Positions 1 to 11,199 of a stretch of 64,000 nt of DNA are shown here, in pieces (the first letter of the stretch is position 1; each line of letters starts with the position of its first letter). The position numbers and the translations under genes are program-made. The stretch comes from Isurus oxyrinchus (taxonomy: Eukaryota). The notes below the pieces were generated by a model, which saw nothing but the letters and a program-made list of their open reading frames with translations, did not search any database and was not told the origin of the DNA. Location: positions 496,001-560,000 of the forward strand of contig JANJGN010000301.1 of the NCBI GenBank assembly GCA_026770705.1. The letters run 5' to 3'.

Positions 1-470
1 ACATGAGTAATGCCGCAATAAATGAGATGGGGCCTCATGTACCGTAAACAGAGACAAAGGTTACTGTAATAAAAAGAGTGACATTATCTTGTGTAATACT
101 GAGACAGGATGTTGCCTAACACTAATGGAGATGACCTCTTGCAATAGTAACTGCGATATGACCTTGGATCACATTGACAAAGATGCAATCTATTGCAAAT
201 AACTGAAAAAAGGAACAAATGCAATATAAAGTGAGATGTGCTCTAGTGTAGTTCGATTGGGGCAGTGTCTAGTGTAATATAAACATAAGCATTAAAATGT
301 TGTAGTCAGTAATAACAAAAATAGGGCCTCGTCTAACATAAGCGGAGGCAGATCTAATGCAGTAATGGCTAAGACATCATCTAGTGTAGCAGTGCAGTAA
401 TAAATGAGGCGACCTCTGGTTTAATATAAACAGAGGGATCGTACAGTGCACTAATAAATGAATAATGCTT
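1..470 (+). repeat. Degenerate copies of the 27-bp satellite
   Basis: Decayed units like CTAGTGTAATATAAAC and GCAGTAAT..CTGAGACAGG. Confidence 0.6.
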
Positions 471-1135
471 AATCCTTGAGTAACCGTGTACGATCAGGCA
501 CTGAGCTCATGCACTGAGGTGGACATCACTCAAGGCACAGTAAAGGTGCTCAGATTCCTATACCACAACTTTGTTTTATTTTAACTTGCTGTTTTTTTTC
601 TGTTAGCTGTGTGCTAATGTTTACCTTTGTTTTCCATTGTTTCCTTTAGCTTCATCCCCATTTTCCTTATTAAAATCCGCAGGATTCTCCAATGTTCATG
701 TTTCCTGGTGTCACTGAGGGGTCTACAGACTGTGTGCACGTCCCAGAACTTCAGTCAGTGTTAGTCTCTCTTGTCCATTTGTATTACACAGAGCAGTGAT
801 GATCCCTTTCCCGCAGTTCACTGCACCATGTGCCATATGGGAGAATAGCCATTACGAACTGTTTACTTTCTGTGCCTTTATATTTATAAACACATTTCTG
901 CATCAATACCCTTCTGCTTTTCTCGATTTGTACCACTAACTGTCCTCTCCTCAGCATTATACACCTCTTTCTGTTAATCTGTCTCTCTGCCACTCAATGT
1001 AATCAATCTCACCTTCATTTATGTCCCTCTATTAGTGTTTCTCTGCATTATTACCATAACGAGTGTCATTTTTATCAAACTCCCTATGCATCGCCCATCG
1101 TTCTTAATCTCAACTTTATATTCGGCATTGTGTAG

Positions 1136-1355
1136 GTGTCTGAAAGCATACAGACAGAAACAGGGCTAATCTGTAGACGAGTTACACATTCGCCTGTCAC
1201 AGCTCAATGTTTCAAATCTTTGACTAGTGCGAGCAAACGGCACGGAAATTATTCACCATGGGGACATCATTCGCTGATCTTCACAGGCAAATCTCTCAGA
1301 TCTTTTACCATTGAGGCCAGACAGGCACTGAGCCGATATACGACGGTGATGGTGG
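1136..1355 (+). pseudogene. Possible highly decayed V-domain relic
   Basis: Acceptor TGTGTAG|GT; TFAC, then GAC TAG TGC GAG CAA (W-Y-x-Q-like), FTG..FTI, and ATA TAC GAC GGT (YYC-like); needs several mutations and frameshifts. Confidence 0.25.
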
Positions 1356-2224
1356 AGGCGGCGGCGGAAGGAGGGGGTTTCACTCACCGTCACCGAACAT
1401 TGTTCAGGTTTTAAACACTCGGTATAAAGTGTGGGGCTGATGCACCGTGGAGCAGGCGGCACTCGCGTGCACAGGGACAATGTTCAGATCTTCCTTTCAA
1501 TCGCTGCCATTGCACGATTCAATAATTTTAACCCGCTCTTCTCTTTTCTGCTTCCTGCCCGGATTTGTTAACTCGATTTATTTATATCATTTCTGCTTTT
1601 ACTTATGCTTCTTTATCTCCGTCTCTCACTTCTGTTTACAATCCACAGGATCCCCCGCTGCCATGCGGTGAGAAATTCTCCGTCTATTTACTGAATTCGC
1701 TGGACTTTCTTTATATGAACAGCTGGGTTTGGGCGGCTGAGAGGAGTGAGGTGCGGGGAGTCCCCTAGAGGTTCGGGGGTTGGGGGTGTCCTGTGGGGGG
1801 AGTTGGAGTCTGAGAGGTGGGGGGACTTCCTGGGAGTTCGGGGGTGTGGAAGGAGACTCGTGGGCGTCGGTGTGGCTCTGTACAAAGTTACCCAGAAGCT
1901 AGAAGTGGTTTTAATTCTAACTTTTCCTGGGCAACTCTTGATGTCGGACAGTCGGAACCATTCGAGGTTTGCAATGTAAATTGTATTTTCTGTTTGTTCC
2001 CAGTACAGAGCAATTGCCCATGGGAAGTTTCCACTTCCCGGAGAATTGCCGTGTAAACCTTACCTGGGAACTCCAGGCGGGGTGTTCCCCGGCGCATCTT
2101 CGGTGTATCCTCCACTTACACGGCCTTGGATCTCGGAGGTCATGGCCCAGCAGAATGTTACGGTTTTCTTGCTCCGCCTGAATCTGACACTATGGCGAAT
2201 ATTTGCCCTTGTTTCCTGGTGTTT

Positions 2225-2240
2225 GAGCGCCCTCTGCTGA
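2225..2240 (-). promoter_or_regulatory. CTCF-type motif TCAGCAGAGGGCGCTC
   Basis: Matches the CCASYAGRKGGCRS core except at position 1; ~25 bp 3' of a decayed V RSS. Confidence 0.65.
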
Positions 2241-2302
2241 GTATTAACTGAGCTGCTCGTTCTGGCATTTTGAGCGGGATCCGCCGTATCTCAGCCGCAG
2301 CA

Positions 2303-2705
2303 TGCGGCTTGTGCACAGAAATACTCGGCTGCGTCGCAGATCAGAGCCTTAGCTCCGTTATCTTGGTAGTTATGTTAGATGTAGAAGAGAATTGATCAAC
2401 TGTCTTCTTGTTTTCATTCTCACCGATCAGATTATTGGGGAGCTGTGGATGTTGCTGGGGCTGCTGACTATACCAGAACAAATGGTTATGGAGCAAAAAT
2501 AAGAATAGCTGGAAAATTCTCCGCAGGTCTGACAGCATCTGCGGAGAGGAATACAGTTAACGTTTCGAGTCCATACGACTCTTTGTATGGTTATGGAGAT
2601 TTGTTTTCAAGATGCATATCACGTGGTGTTACAGGCATCATTTCAGTTTCGGCATCATTTCAGCAACCGATCCGATCACTGTGTGTGGATGGCTCCATCC
2701 TAACC
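2303..2705 (-). pseudogene. TCR V-type (beta-like) V-exon pseudogene, split by a retroelement fragment
   Basis: After removing the insert: ICILKTNLHNHLFWYSQQPQQHPQL...FSS...KITELRL / DAAEYFCAQ (YFC at 2315-2323); decayed RSS with heptamer 2296-2302, 23-bp spacer, nonamer CAAAATGCC 2264-2272. Confidence 0.75.
2494..2586. mobile_element. Short Penelope terminal-repeat fragment with 12-bp TSD
   Basis: ATGGTTATGGAG duplicated at 2482-2493 and 2587-2598; same GCTGGAAAA..CAGGTCTGACAGCATCTG motif as the ends of the Penelope copies. Confidence 0.8.
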
Positions 2706-2857
2706 TAAAGTAGTTGGGTAGATGTCATCATTGTCAGGGTCATCATCACCATTATTTCAAGTAGCTTCATCAGCGGCAGCATCACCTTACAATTAATAAC
2801 ATGTGGATTACAACAGTCAGGGGGAGAACGGATTTTTTCTGGGAAGGAAATACTTAC

Positions 2858-2904
2858 TAAGAAGTGATATAATGACGAGGACCGGGTGTGATGTAATTCC
2901 CCAT
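2858..2904 (-). pseudogene. Leader exon of the 2303-2705 V pseudogene (1-nt frameshift)
   Basis: ATG(G)GGAATT... reads MGITSHPVLVIISLL if one G is removed; followed by a GTAAGT donor (phase 1). Confidence 0.6.
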
Positions 2905-3523
2905 GATGCTCCCTGAGTCTGTAACTCTACAGTCCACCAAATCCTCTGTCAGGGCAGAAGTGCAGACCCCCAGCGCACTGTACTGTTGATCCAACCAACG
3001 TCAAACCAGGAACAGTGGAAAACAACTTTCCAAATCACAGGAAAGGCAAGGAAGGTCAGAGCGAGAGAAACGAACAGAACTATGGGGGAGGCGGCCGCGG
3101 GCACTGTTGTCACTCGTAAAATCTATCGAAATGAGCTGAATTCAAGACTAATGCGCTCAACAGAAATTATATAATTCTGCCGGTCTGTAAGGACTGCGTT
3201 ACGTTCCTAGTTATTTCAAATCTGGGCAAAACAGTCTGGCGACAGGAATTAGAGGATTGTTGTATTATTCTGTAATTACAGATACCTTCATAGTTGAAAT
3301 CAGTTAAAACAAGGGGCTGAATCTGTCGTGGGGAACAGAACAACTGGGCATCCCATCCCAATGTACTGGAGCTGTGCTGTTGATTAACACTGAAATAAAC
3401 TTCCCAATTATGGGTCTCTAAGGAAACGTCACACTAATGGGCATACATACGTGATCAAACGCAATTTCTCCTCAAGTATTTTTAAGCAACTATCTGTCAG
3501 GTGGTGGAAATCCACGGCCTGAT

Positions 3524-3537
3524 GCGCCACCTGGTGG
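3524..3537 (-). promoter_or_regulatory. Consensus CTCF motif CCACCAGGTGGCGC
   Basis: Perfect core match ~45 bp 3' of the V pseudogene nonamer. Confidence 0.75.
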
Positions 3538-3618
3538 CCGAATTTAATGAATCTTATTTTCTCTGATCTCACAAAACACGGCAATGGTGCGAGTTGCCCC
3601 GAGGCCTTTCTCACAGAG

Positions 3619-3911
3619 GGTCTCAGCACATAGTAATACACGGGGTTGTCAGCGACCTGAAGCCCAGTCAAGGTAGAAGCAGCTATATTATTGGGTATTT
3701 TTTCGAATGACTGAAAAGCGACCTTTAATGTTCTTTCCACAAGAATGTGCCCGTATTTCGAAAGCTGGAGCCGGGTTCTGGTTCTAACGATGAAGCTGCA
3801 AAAATTAATTCACGTCGGAAATTGAATAGATGCAATTTATGCTCATCGAGATTCTTTCCAGTTGTTGGGCTTCTGTTGACCACTGTCCGACTGAACCTCC
3901 GGAACTCACTC
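3619..3911 (-). pseudogene. TCR alpha/delta-type V pseudogene with decayed 23-RSS
   Basis: Acceptor TTCTGCAG|GA; GVSSGGSVGQWSTEAQQLERISMSINCIYSISDVN*FLQLHR*...GRFS /fs/ ...TLTGLQVADNPVYYYVLR; heptamer CTCTGTG 3612-3618, 23-bp spacer, nonamer ACCATTGCC 3580-3588. Confidence 0.85.
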
Positions 3912-3959
3912 CTGCAGAAATTATTTCATGGTTGACCATGGAAATATAATGAACAGCAG

Positions 3960-4220
3960 ATAACGAACAGATAGATAGATTAGATAGACGGATGGGTGGG
4001 TGGATAAATAGACAGATGGAGGGTGGACAGATGGAGTGATGGACGGATGGGCAGATCGGGGGTTGGAGAAATGGATGGATGGACGGATGTAAAAACAGAA
4101 AATGCTGGAAAAGTTCAGCAGGTCTGACAGCATCTGTGGAGAGACAACCAGTGTTAACGGTTTAGAGTCCGTATGACTCATCTACAGATGGATGAATGGA
4201 TCGGTGGAGTGTAGGTGGAT
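3960..4220. repeat. (GGAT/AGAT)n simple repeat with a nested Penelope terminal fragment (~4090-4187)
   Basis: Direct inspection. Confidence 0.8.
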
Positions 4221-4284
4221 GTGCCTGAAAAATGCTGTTCCACATTTTCACCTTTACGATTCACTGCTCCATAATTTGCCCCAG

Positions 4285-4590
4285 GCCCTTTATTCCATTT
4301 GTGTCTGTCTGATTTCAGTCCTTCCCGATTTTCTGGATCATTCCAATTCCTTGGCTGTTCACAACTGACGAGCTGAACGTCACCAAGTACAACCTGCAGA
4401 TATCCCTGCGGTGCTGATGATCCTTTTCTGGTGATGTTGAATCTTCATCTCAAAGTTAGAAAGCGGTTTCATGACTGTGATGAGAAACGGGGATTATAAC
4501 ATCTGCAACATGCGGCCTTTTCAAGTACAACAAAACACTCAGCATATCCTCAACCAAATTACTTTAATCGCAGCAGAAACATAGCAGATG
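4285..4590 (+). pseudogene. Decayed V-like relic, inverted paralog of 45686-45955
   Basis: Colinear DNA similarity to the reverse complement of 45686-45955; KYNKTLSISSTKLL*S resembles V FR3. Confidence 0.4.
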
Positions 4591-4771
4591 GTTGAATACA
4601 TACATTTTTTTTTCACATTTCCCTGGTAATTTCTTGCTGCTCTCTGATTCTGGTGCAGTCCACCCCTCTGAACACTGCGGGAAAACTGTGCATGAACTGT
4701 GAGTTTCTTAACAGCAAAATATTGATTGAAAACAGATTGTCACAATGAAATATATTCAATGGGTATTACAG

Positions 4772-6212
4772 ATTTAAAGCAGAAAACTGTGGATGCTGGA
4801 AATCCAAAACAAAAACAAAAATACCTGGAAAAACTCAGCAGGTCTGGCAGCATCTGTGGAGAGGAACACAGTGAACGTTTCGAGTCCGAATGACCCTTTA
4901 ACAGAACTAAGTAAAAATAGAAAAGAGGTGAAATATAAGCTGGTTTAGGGGGTGGGGGGCGGTGGCGTGGGGGGGTTGGACAAGAAGAGCTGGATAGAGG
5001 GCCAGCGATCGGTGGAGATAACCAAAATATGTCACAGACAGAAGGACAAAGAGGTTTTGAAGGGAGTGATATTATCTTAAGGAATGTGCTATTTAAGGGT
5101 AGAAAGCAGGACAAGCAAGGTACATATATCCCTAGTGGGGGTGGGGTAGGGGGAATGGATCGAAATAGGCTAAAAGGTAGAGATAAAATAATGGATGGAA
5201 ATACACTTAAAATAATGGAAATAGGTGGGAAAAGAAAAATCTATATAAATTATTCGAAAAAAACAAAAAGGAGGGGGAAAATCGGAAAGGGGGTGGGGAT
5301 GGAGAAAGAGTTCATGGTATAAAATTGTTGAACTCAATATTCAGTCCAGAAAGCTGTAAAGTGCCTAGTCGGAAGATTAGGTGCTGTTCCTCCACTTTGT
5401 GTTGAGCTTCACTGGAACAATGCAGCAAGCCAAGGGCGGACATATGGGCATGAGAGCAGGGTGGAGTGTTGAAATGGTTAACGAGAGGGAGGTCTGTGTA
5501 ATACTTGCGGACAGACCAAAGGTGTTCTGCAAAGTGGTCACCCAGTCTGCGTTTGGTTTCTCCAATGTAGAGGAAACCGCATTGGGAGCAGCGAATGCAG
5601 TAGTCTAAATTGAGGGAATTGCAAGTGAAATGCTGCTTCACTTGAAAGGAGTGTTTGGGCCCTTGGACACTGAGGAGAGGGGAATTAAAGGGGCAGGTGT
5701 TGTACCTTCTGCTATTGCATGGGAAGGTGCTGTGGGAGGGGGTTGAGGTCTAGGGAGTGATGAAGGAGTGGACGAGGGTGTCCCGGAGGGAACAATCCCT
5801 AAGGAATTCCGCCAGTGGGGGAGAAGGGAAGATGTGGCATCATGCTGGAGTTGGCGGACATGGTGGAGGATGATCCTTTGAATGCGGATGCTGGTGGGAT
5901 GATAAGTGAGGACAAGGGGGACCCTATCATGTTTCTGGGAGGGAGAAGAAGATGTGAGGGCGGATGGGCGGGAGATGGGCCGGACACGGTTGAGGGCCCT
6001 GTCAACTACCGTGGGTGGAAAACCTCCATTAAGGAAGAAGGAGGAGATGTCAGAGGAACTGTTTTTGAAAGTGGCATCATCAGAACAGATGCGACTGAGG
6101 AGAAGGAATTGAGAGAATGGGATGGAGTCCTTACAGGAAGCGGGGTGTGAGGAGCTGTAGTCGAGGTAGCTGTGGGAGTTGGTAGGCTTGTAATGGATAT
6201 TGGTGGATAGTC
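4772..6212 (-). mobile_element. Penelope-like retroelement (GIY-YIG endonuclease end)
   Basis: ORF 5312-5641 CIRCSQCGFLYIGETKRRLGDHFAEH...LGTLQLSGLNIEF is typical of the Penelope GIY-YIG domain; terminal repeat at 4772-4920. Confidence 0.9.
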
Positions 6213-6563
6213 AACGAGAAATCAATGTAGGAATATACAGTAATCACCTTGCCATACAAATTTCTGCTCTGAATTTATAACTTGAAACCCTTAACGAATG
6301 TTCAAAACTACAGCAATTATTATTGTTATTAATATAGTCATTATTATATTGGGGAAATGTTTTTAGGTAAACAACACAGAGTTCGTTAATACACAATTGA
6401 TCCTCCCTCATTGCAGAAGAGGATCTCTACCTTTAACGAGGATAACTACCTGCTCTGTGCCCATTGTCAATCATGTTCAATGTCCCACTATCAAGAGTAA
6501 CTTTCGTTGTGCTAACTAACAGAAACAGTGACAGACAAATGGAGAGACAGTTCCAGATCCATG

Positions 6564-7675
6564 TGTTATGGCGTAGCTGATGATATGTGGCCAGGCAGAC
6601 CAAATCCACAAGGGAAACGTGGTCACGCCATCACAAAGGTTTTCAATTTGTAATTATTATGAGAAGATGAGTGAACTGCCTTTACAGGTGACAAGTCCAC
6701 TAAGGCTTTTAGAGATTTAAAAAATTAAATTAATATATATTGACAAAATGAAAGATTTCAAAAACATGCAACTGCTATTAAACAATACTGTAGCAAATCC
6801 TAAAATTCTAAATTAACCTGACACTCAGTTACATATCCCCTTTAAGGCAGCAGTCCAAAATCATAGAATCACAGAATCTCAAAATCACACAGTGCAGAAG
6901 AGGCCCTTCGGCCCATCGAGTCTACACGGACATGGACACATGAGAAACACCTGACCTACCTAATCCCATTTACCAGCACTTGGCCCATAGCCTTGAATGT
7001 TGTGATGTGCCAAATGCTCATCCAGGTACTTTTTAAAGGATGTGAGGCAAACCAGCTCTACCACCCTCCCAGGTGGGGTGGTTTTAAATTTCAAAGAAAA
7101 CCAGCAAGATAACCCAGTAATCACTTGGCAGTGGAATTGTAAATGGTTTGCTCCAACTTCAGTTACTGGACAGAGCCGGCTTATGCACAAAAGGATGGAG
7201 GCTTCTTGAAGGCTGTTTCACACACTCCTGTTAGATCTTACATGGCTCTCGCCTCACGTAGCCTTTCATTCTCCTTTATATATTTTTATCTCTCTTTAAT
7301 ATGTACATTCTATTGCTCCAAATGACTTTGGAGCGGTACCTTTCCCATAATAAAGAAGAATTCATGTTCCAATATTATCAGTAACCTTTGGGAAAAATAA
7401 ACACACTCCTTAGCCTTGCTTAGCTGGCTACTTGTGAACTTAAAATCCATACAATCCTTTCATTTTTCTAAAAAGGCAAGCTCCCTTCCCACCCTGCATG
7501 CTAAGCCAGCACCATGTTTATTCATTAGCATTTCAAACACATTTCTACACCTAGCTTCTTTTGATAATTCCAAATGTATTTAAATCACATAGACAGAACC
7601 AGATATACTCACTCCCATAAACCTACTTTACTATAATCCAGAAAAATATTATGAAATTATTATACTTTCATAACA
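6564..7675. mobile_element. Possible solo LTR / TIR element with a nested CR1 3' end (6860-7075, -)
   Basis: Termini TGTTATG...CATAACA are inverted repeats; no clear TSD; the nested piece matches the CR1 3' end at 34650-34850. Confidence 0.45.
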
Positions 7676-7781
7676 ATAGCAGGTTGTCATATTGCAAAAC
7701 AATTTATATTTCTTGGTATTTTTGCCATTGACTGTGTTTAATAAACGTCAGCTGTGCCTCAATCTATTAATCATTTGATCC

Positions 7782-7851
7782 ATTGATAGTTCCAAACCTT
7801 CAACTTTCCCATACAATCGATGGCTTGCAACTGAATGATGTTTCTCACTGC
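7782..7851 (+). pseudogene. TCR alpha/delta-like V FR3 fragment
   Basis: IDSSKPSTF /fs/ TIDGLQLNDVSHC resembles the SKSxTLTISGLQLxDSAVYYC pattern. Confidence 0.4.
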
Positions 7852-8194
7852 ATCAATAATCCTCAACCCTTTCAGCGCTCCTAATCGATTGGTGTTTCAC
7901 AATCTATGAATGGTCTCCAATTCTTTTGTTTAAGGAAATGCGCTAGTTGGTCCACAAATCATTTGAATTACTGTGAAGTTCTGGTTAACCTGGTTGGATC
8001 TTAGAGTACAACTCACACAGTGAAGGAGCTGTACTGTTCAAGATCACACCCACAGTCAGTGCCTGTCCTACCAGCGGAACTCTACATTAGGGTTTTTGTT
8101 ACCATTGGGGCCAGGTTCAGTCTTATTTAACTATGTACCTATGTATAAAATTGAACCATTGGATGCCTGGATTTATACTTATTTATTTCATATT

Positions 8195-8520
8195 CATTGG
8201 CTCAGTTGGTAGCACTTTCCCCTCTGACATTAAGCTGGGGGCTATCTGCCCTCTCAGGTCGATGTGAAAGATCCCATGGTACTATTCCATCTGGAAGGGC
8301 AGGGAGTTATCCCCGGTGCCTTAGCATTTATCAGTCAATAAACATTTTAAAATACGCAGAGGCGCAGATTACCTGGTCATTATCACATTGCGGTTTGTAG
8401 GAGCTTGCTGTGCTCAAACAGGCTGCAGTATGTCCTACATTACAACTGTCAATACACATCCTAAGTGCATTTTTGGTTGTAAAACACTCGGAGACTTCCG
8501 GTGTTCGTGAAAAGTGCAAT
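8195..8520 (+). mobile_element. tRNA-headed SINE (DeuSINE/SacSINE-like)
   Basis: A-box TGGCTCAGTTGG; core GGAGCTTGCTGTGC..AAA; related copy at ~35570-35815. Confidence 0.65.
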
Positions 8521-9459
8521 AATATATATATATATATTCATTTTTTCCATTTTATGAAGTATAGATGCAAAATGAAAAGTGTTGGATTGAGCCAATAAGT
8601 CATAGAAATTTAGAATGAACCCGTGCTCCCAGCTGGGAAGGAGGTCATTCAGTTCCTTGGGATTGTACCAGCATTTAAAAAAATATATCGAATTTATTTC
8701 ATGCACTCTCACCACCCCCACTGCCCATTCCGCAGCCCCCTCCACCCCATCCCCCACAACCCACCCACCCCACGAACATGCTGTTTCCCCATAGCCCAGC
8801 AATTTATGCCCATTGGAGATCATGTCTTCGTTGATAATGTATCAGACTCTGTCCAGTTGTCTCACTAAAATTGCTCTGGAGCATGGGGCCTTTTATATTA
8901 TCTAAAGCTGTTTTTTTACCTATTATTTCACTACATCATACCCGAGGATTTGGAAGACATTGGGGCGAATGATGAATGTAATGGGGTAAGAAGGAATAAT
9001 GTGACAACAGAAATAGTGTGGAACTTACTGGAAAGCAGAAAGTTCTTCATTCCTTTCCAAGCAAGGGAAATAATAAATCGGGATTTTAAAACTGAGTAAA
9101 TTTATGTCAGATATAGGTAGTATCTCTTCCAAACTTATCACACCCTCAACGTTTATGTCAGGAGCTTCTATTTAATGCTGAGCGAAGCACTTAACACTAA
9201 AACGCAGAGACTGGTGTGTATATGCTCACCATCCTTGGAATAATTTAGTCCATTTTCCAACAGAATTCTCGGAACAGAGGTATTCCTTTGTAAGGGAATG
9301 CTCAGTGTATTCTCAATCAATGTTAACAACATTAAACGAACAGCAAATACATTTTCAATAAAATAAAATCTGGAACATAATAGGTAACAACGGTTATTTA
9401 TCTTTGTGGACTTCACTTGTCAGTAAATATGATGCGTTCGCTCACACACACACATTTCA

Positions 9460-9785
9460 GTTTAAGATCCCATCTTTCCTACCTCGGAGGCTCTGTAGCA
9501 CCTGCAGAATCGAAGAAAATCACCACCACCACATTTCAGGTGGTTCCATGAAGAAAAAATCTCTCCCCACTTCACACTGGTTCAGTTGGTCACTAAAGCT
9601 CCCATCATTCCCACAATGTGCGCCTTGGTCCACATTCTTCGGTTGAAACAAGATCGTCAAGAATTAATCAATAGGAATTGAGACACTTTGCTCTTCTCGT
9701 GACCTTAAAGTGCACAAATCTGCCACAGTTGCAACCATAAGTATTAGGAGTTCGCTCAGGTGGTGATGAGCCGATACATCAGTAG
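9460..9785 (+). pseudogene. Possible IgL-like V relic
   Basis: LGGSV / TCRIEEN / RWFHEEK / ATISIRS..GDE motifs in order, but W-to-FR3 spacing is longer than normal. Confidence 0.3.
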
Positions 9786-9789
9786 AAGT

Positions 9790-11050
9790 GGTTTCTTGAT
9801 AAATTAAGCCGTCATGGATCTGTTAAGGGAAAATCATGTTTAACTAACTTGACTTTTTTGATGACGTAGCAGCGATGGTTGATGAGGATAATGCTTCTGA
9901 CGTGGTTTACATGGTCTCCAAAAGACATTTGATAAAATGCCGCACAACAGACTTGTGAGCAAAGTTGGACCTCACTGGAATAAAATGGACGGTAACATCA
10001 TGGATTGGGAACTGGCTGAGTGCCAGGAAACAAAGAGCGTTTGTTTTTCGGACTTGGGGAAGGATTATAATGAAGTTCCCCAACGTTCAGTGCTACAACG
10101 CCTACTTTTCATAATATTTATTCATAAACTGGGCCTTGGTGTACAGGGCACAATGTCAAAATATACGGACGATGCGAAATGTGGAAGCATTGCGGGCCAT
10201 GAGGAGGATAGTGTAGAACTTCAAAAAGACATCGAGAGGTTGGTGGAAAGGGCGGACAAGTGACAGATGAAATTTTGGTGGGAAGAACGCAGACAGACAG
10301 TATAAAGGAAAGGGTGTGATTCCAAAGGGGCTGCAGGAGCCGAGTGACCTGGGTGTTAATGTGTATAAATCATTGAAGGTGGCAGGACAAGTTCAAAGAG
10401 CGCGATTAATAAATCATGCAACATCCTGAGCTTTATTAACAGAGGAAAGGCGTATACAAGCAAAGAGGTTATGTTAAACGTGTGTGGCACACTGGTTAGG
10501 CCTCAACTGGAGAATTGCATCCAATTCCGGGCACTACATTTTTGCAAGAATTTTAAAGCATGAGCGAGGGCACAGGAAAGATTAATGGAATTTGTTCCAG
10601 GGATGACGAACTCCAGTTATGTATAAAGAGTGGAGCAGTTGACTTTAATCTCGTTTGAGGAGAGAAATTTTAGAGGAGATTTGATAGATGTATTAAAATC
10701 ATGAAAGGTCTGTGCAGAGTAGATCGGGAGAAATTGTTCCCATTGGTGGAAGGATTGAGAACCAGACGGTTCAGGTTTAAAATAATCTGGAGAAGAAGCA
10801 ATAGAAACAAAAGGAAAAACATTTCACGCAGTGAGTGGTTAGGATCTGGAATGCACTGCCTGACAGTGTGGTGGATTGAGGGACAATTGATGCTTTCAAA
10901 TCGAAACAGGATCCTGATCTGAAAAGAAAAAAGATGCTGGACTACGGAGAGAGCTGTGGCGCAAGGTCAATTACTCCTTCAGAGGGTTAGCACAGACAGG
11001 AGTGGCCGAATGGCATCCTCCTGTGCTGTAAGAATTCTATGATACTATCA
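9790..11050 (+). mobile_element. CR1 LINE 3' portion (RT), decayed
   Basis: PHNRLVSKV, VPQRSVL, SKYTDDAK (FADD), ELQKDIERL; CR1-type 3' end. Confidence 0.9.
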
Positions 11051-11199
11051 TTAATGTCAGAAGCAGCGACTAAAATTGACATTTTCACACCATCTGCAAT
11101 AGTAGGGTCCGTCCAGTAGATGGCTGTGAAACGGCGAATACTGACATTATATGAAACAAGCACTATCTCAATCATTTCTACACTGAACCCTTTCCCTGT

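Noticed and set aside
755-771. 17-bp identity with the VH leader intron (48478-48494)
   Set aside because: Does not extend; compatible with chance in a 64-kb self-comparison
682-2200. Further V-like phrases (SVSLSC at ~760, LYWEQ at ~2000; also near 6420, 9200, 18430, 46650-46930)
   Set aside because: Too fragmentary to call individually without an HMM search
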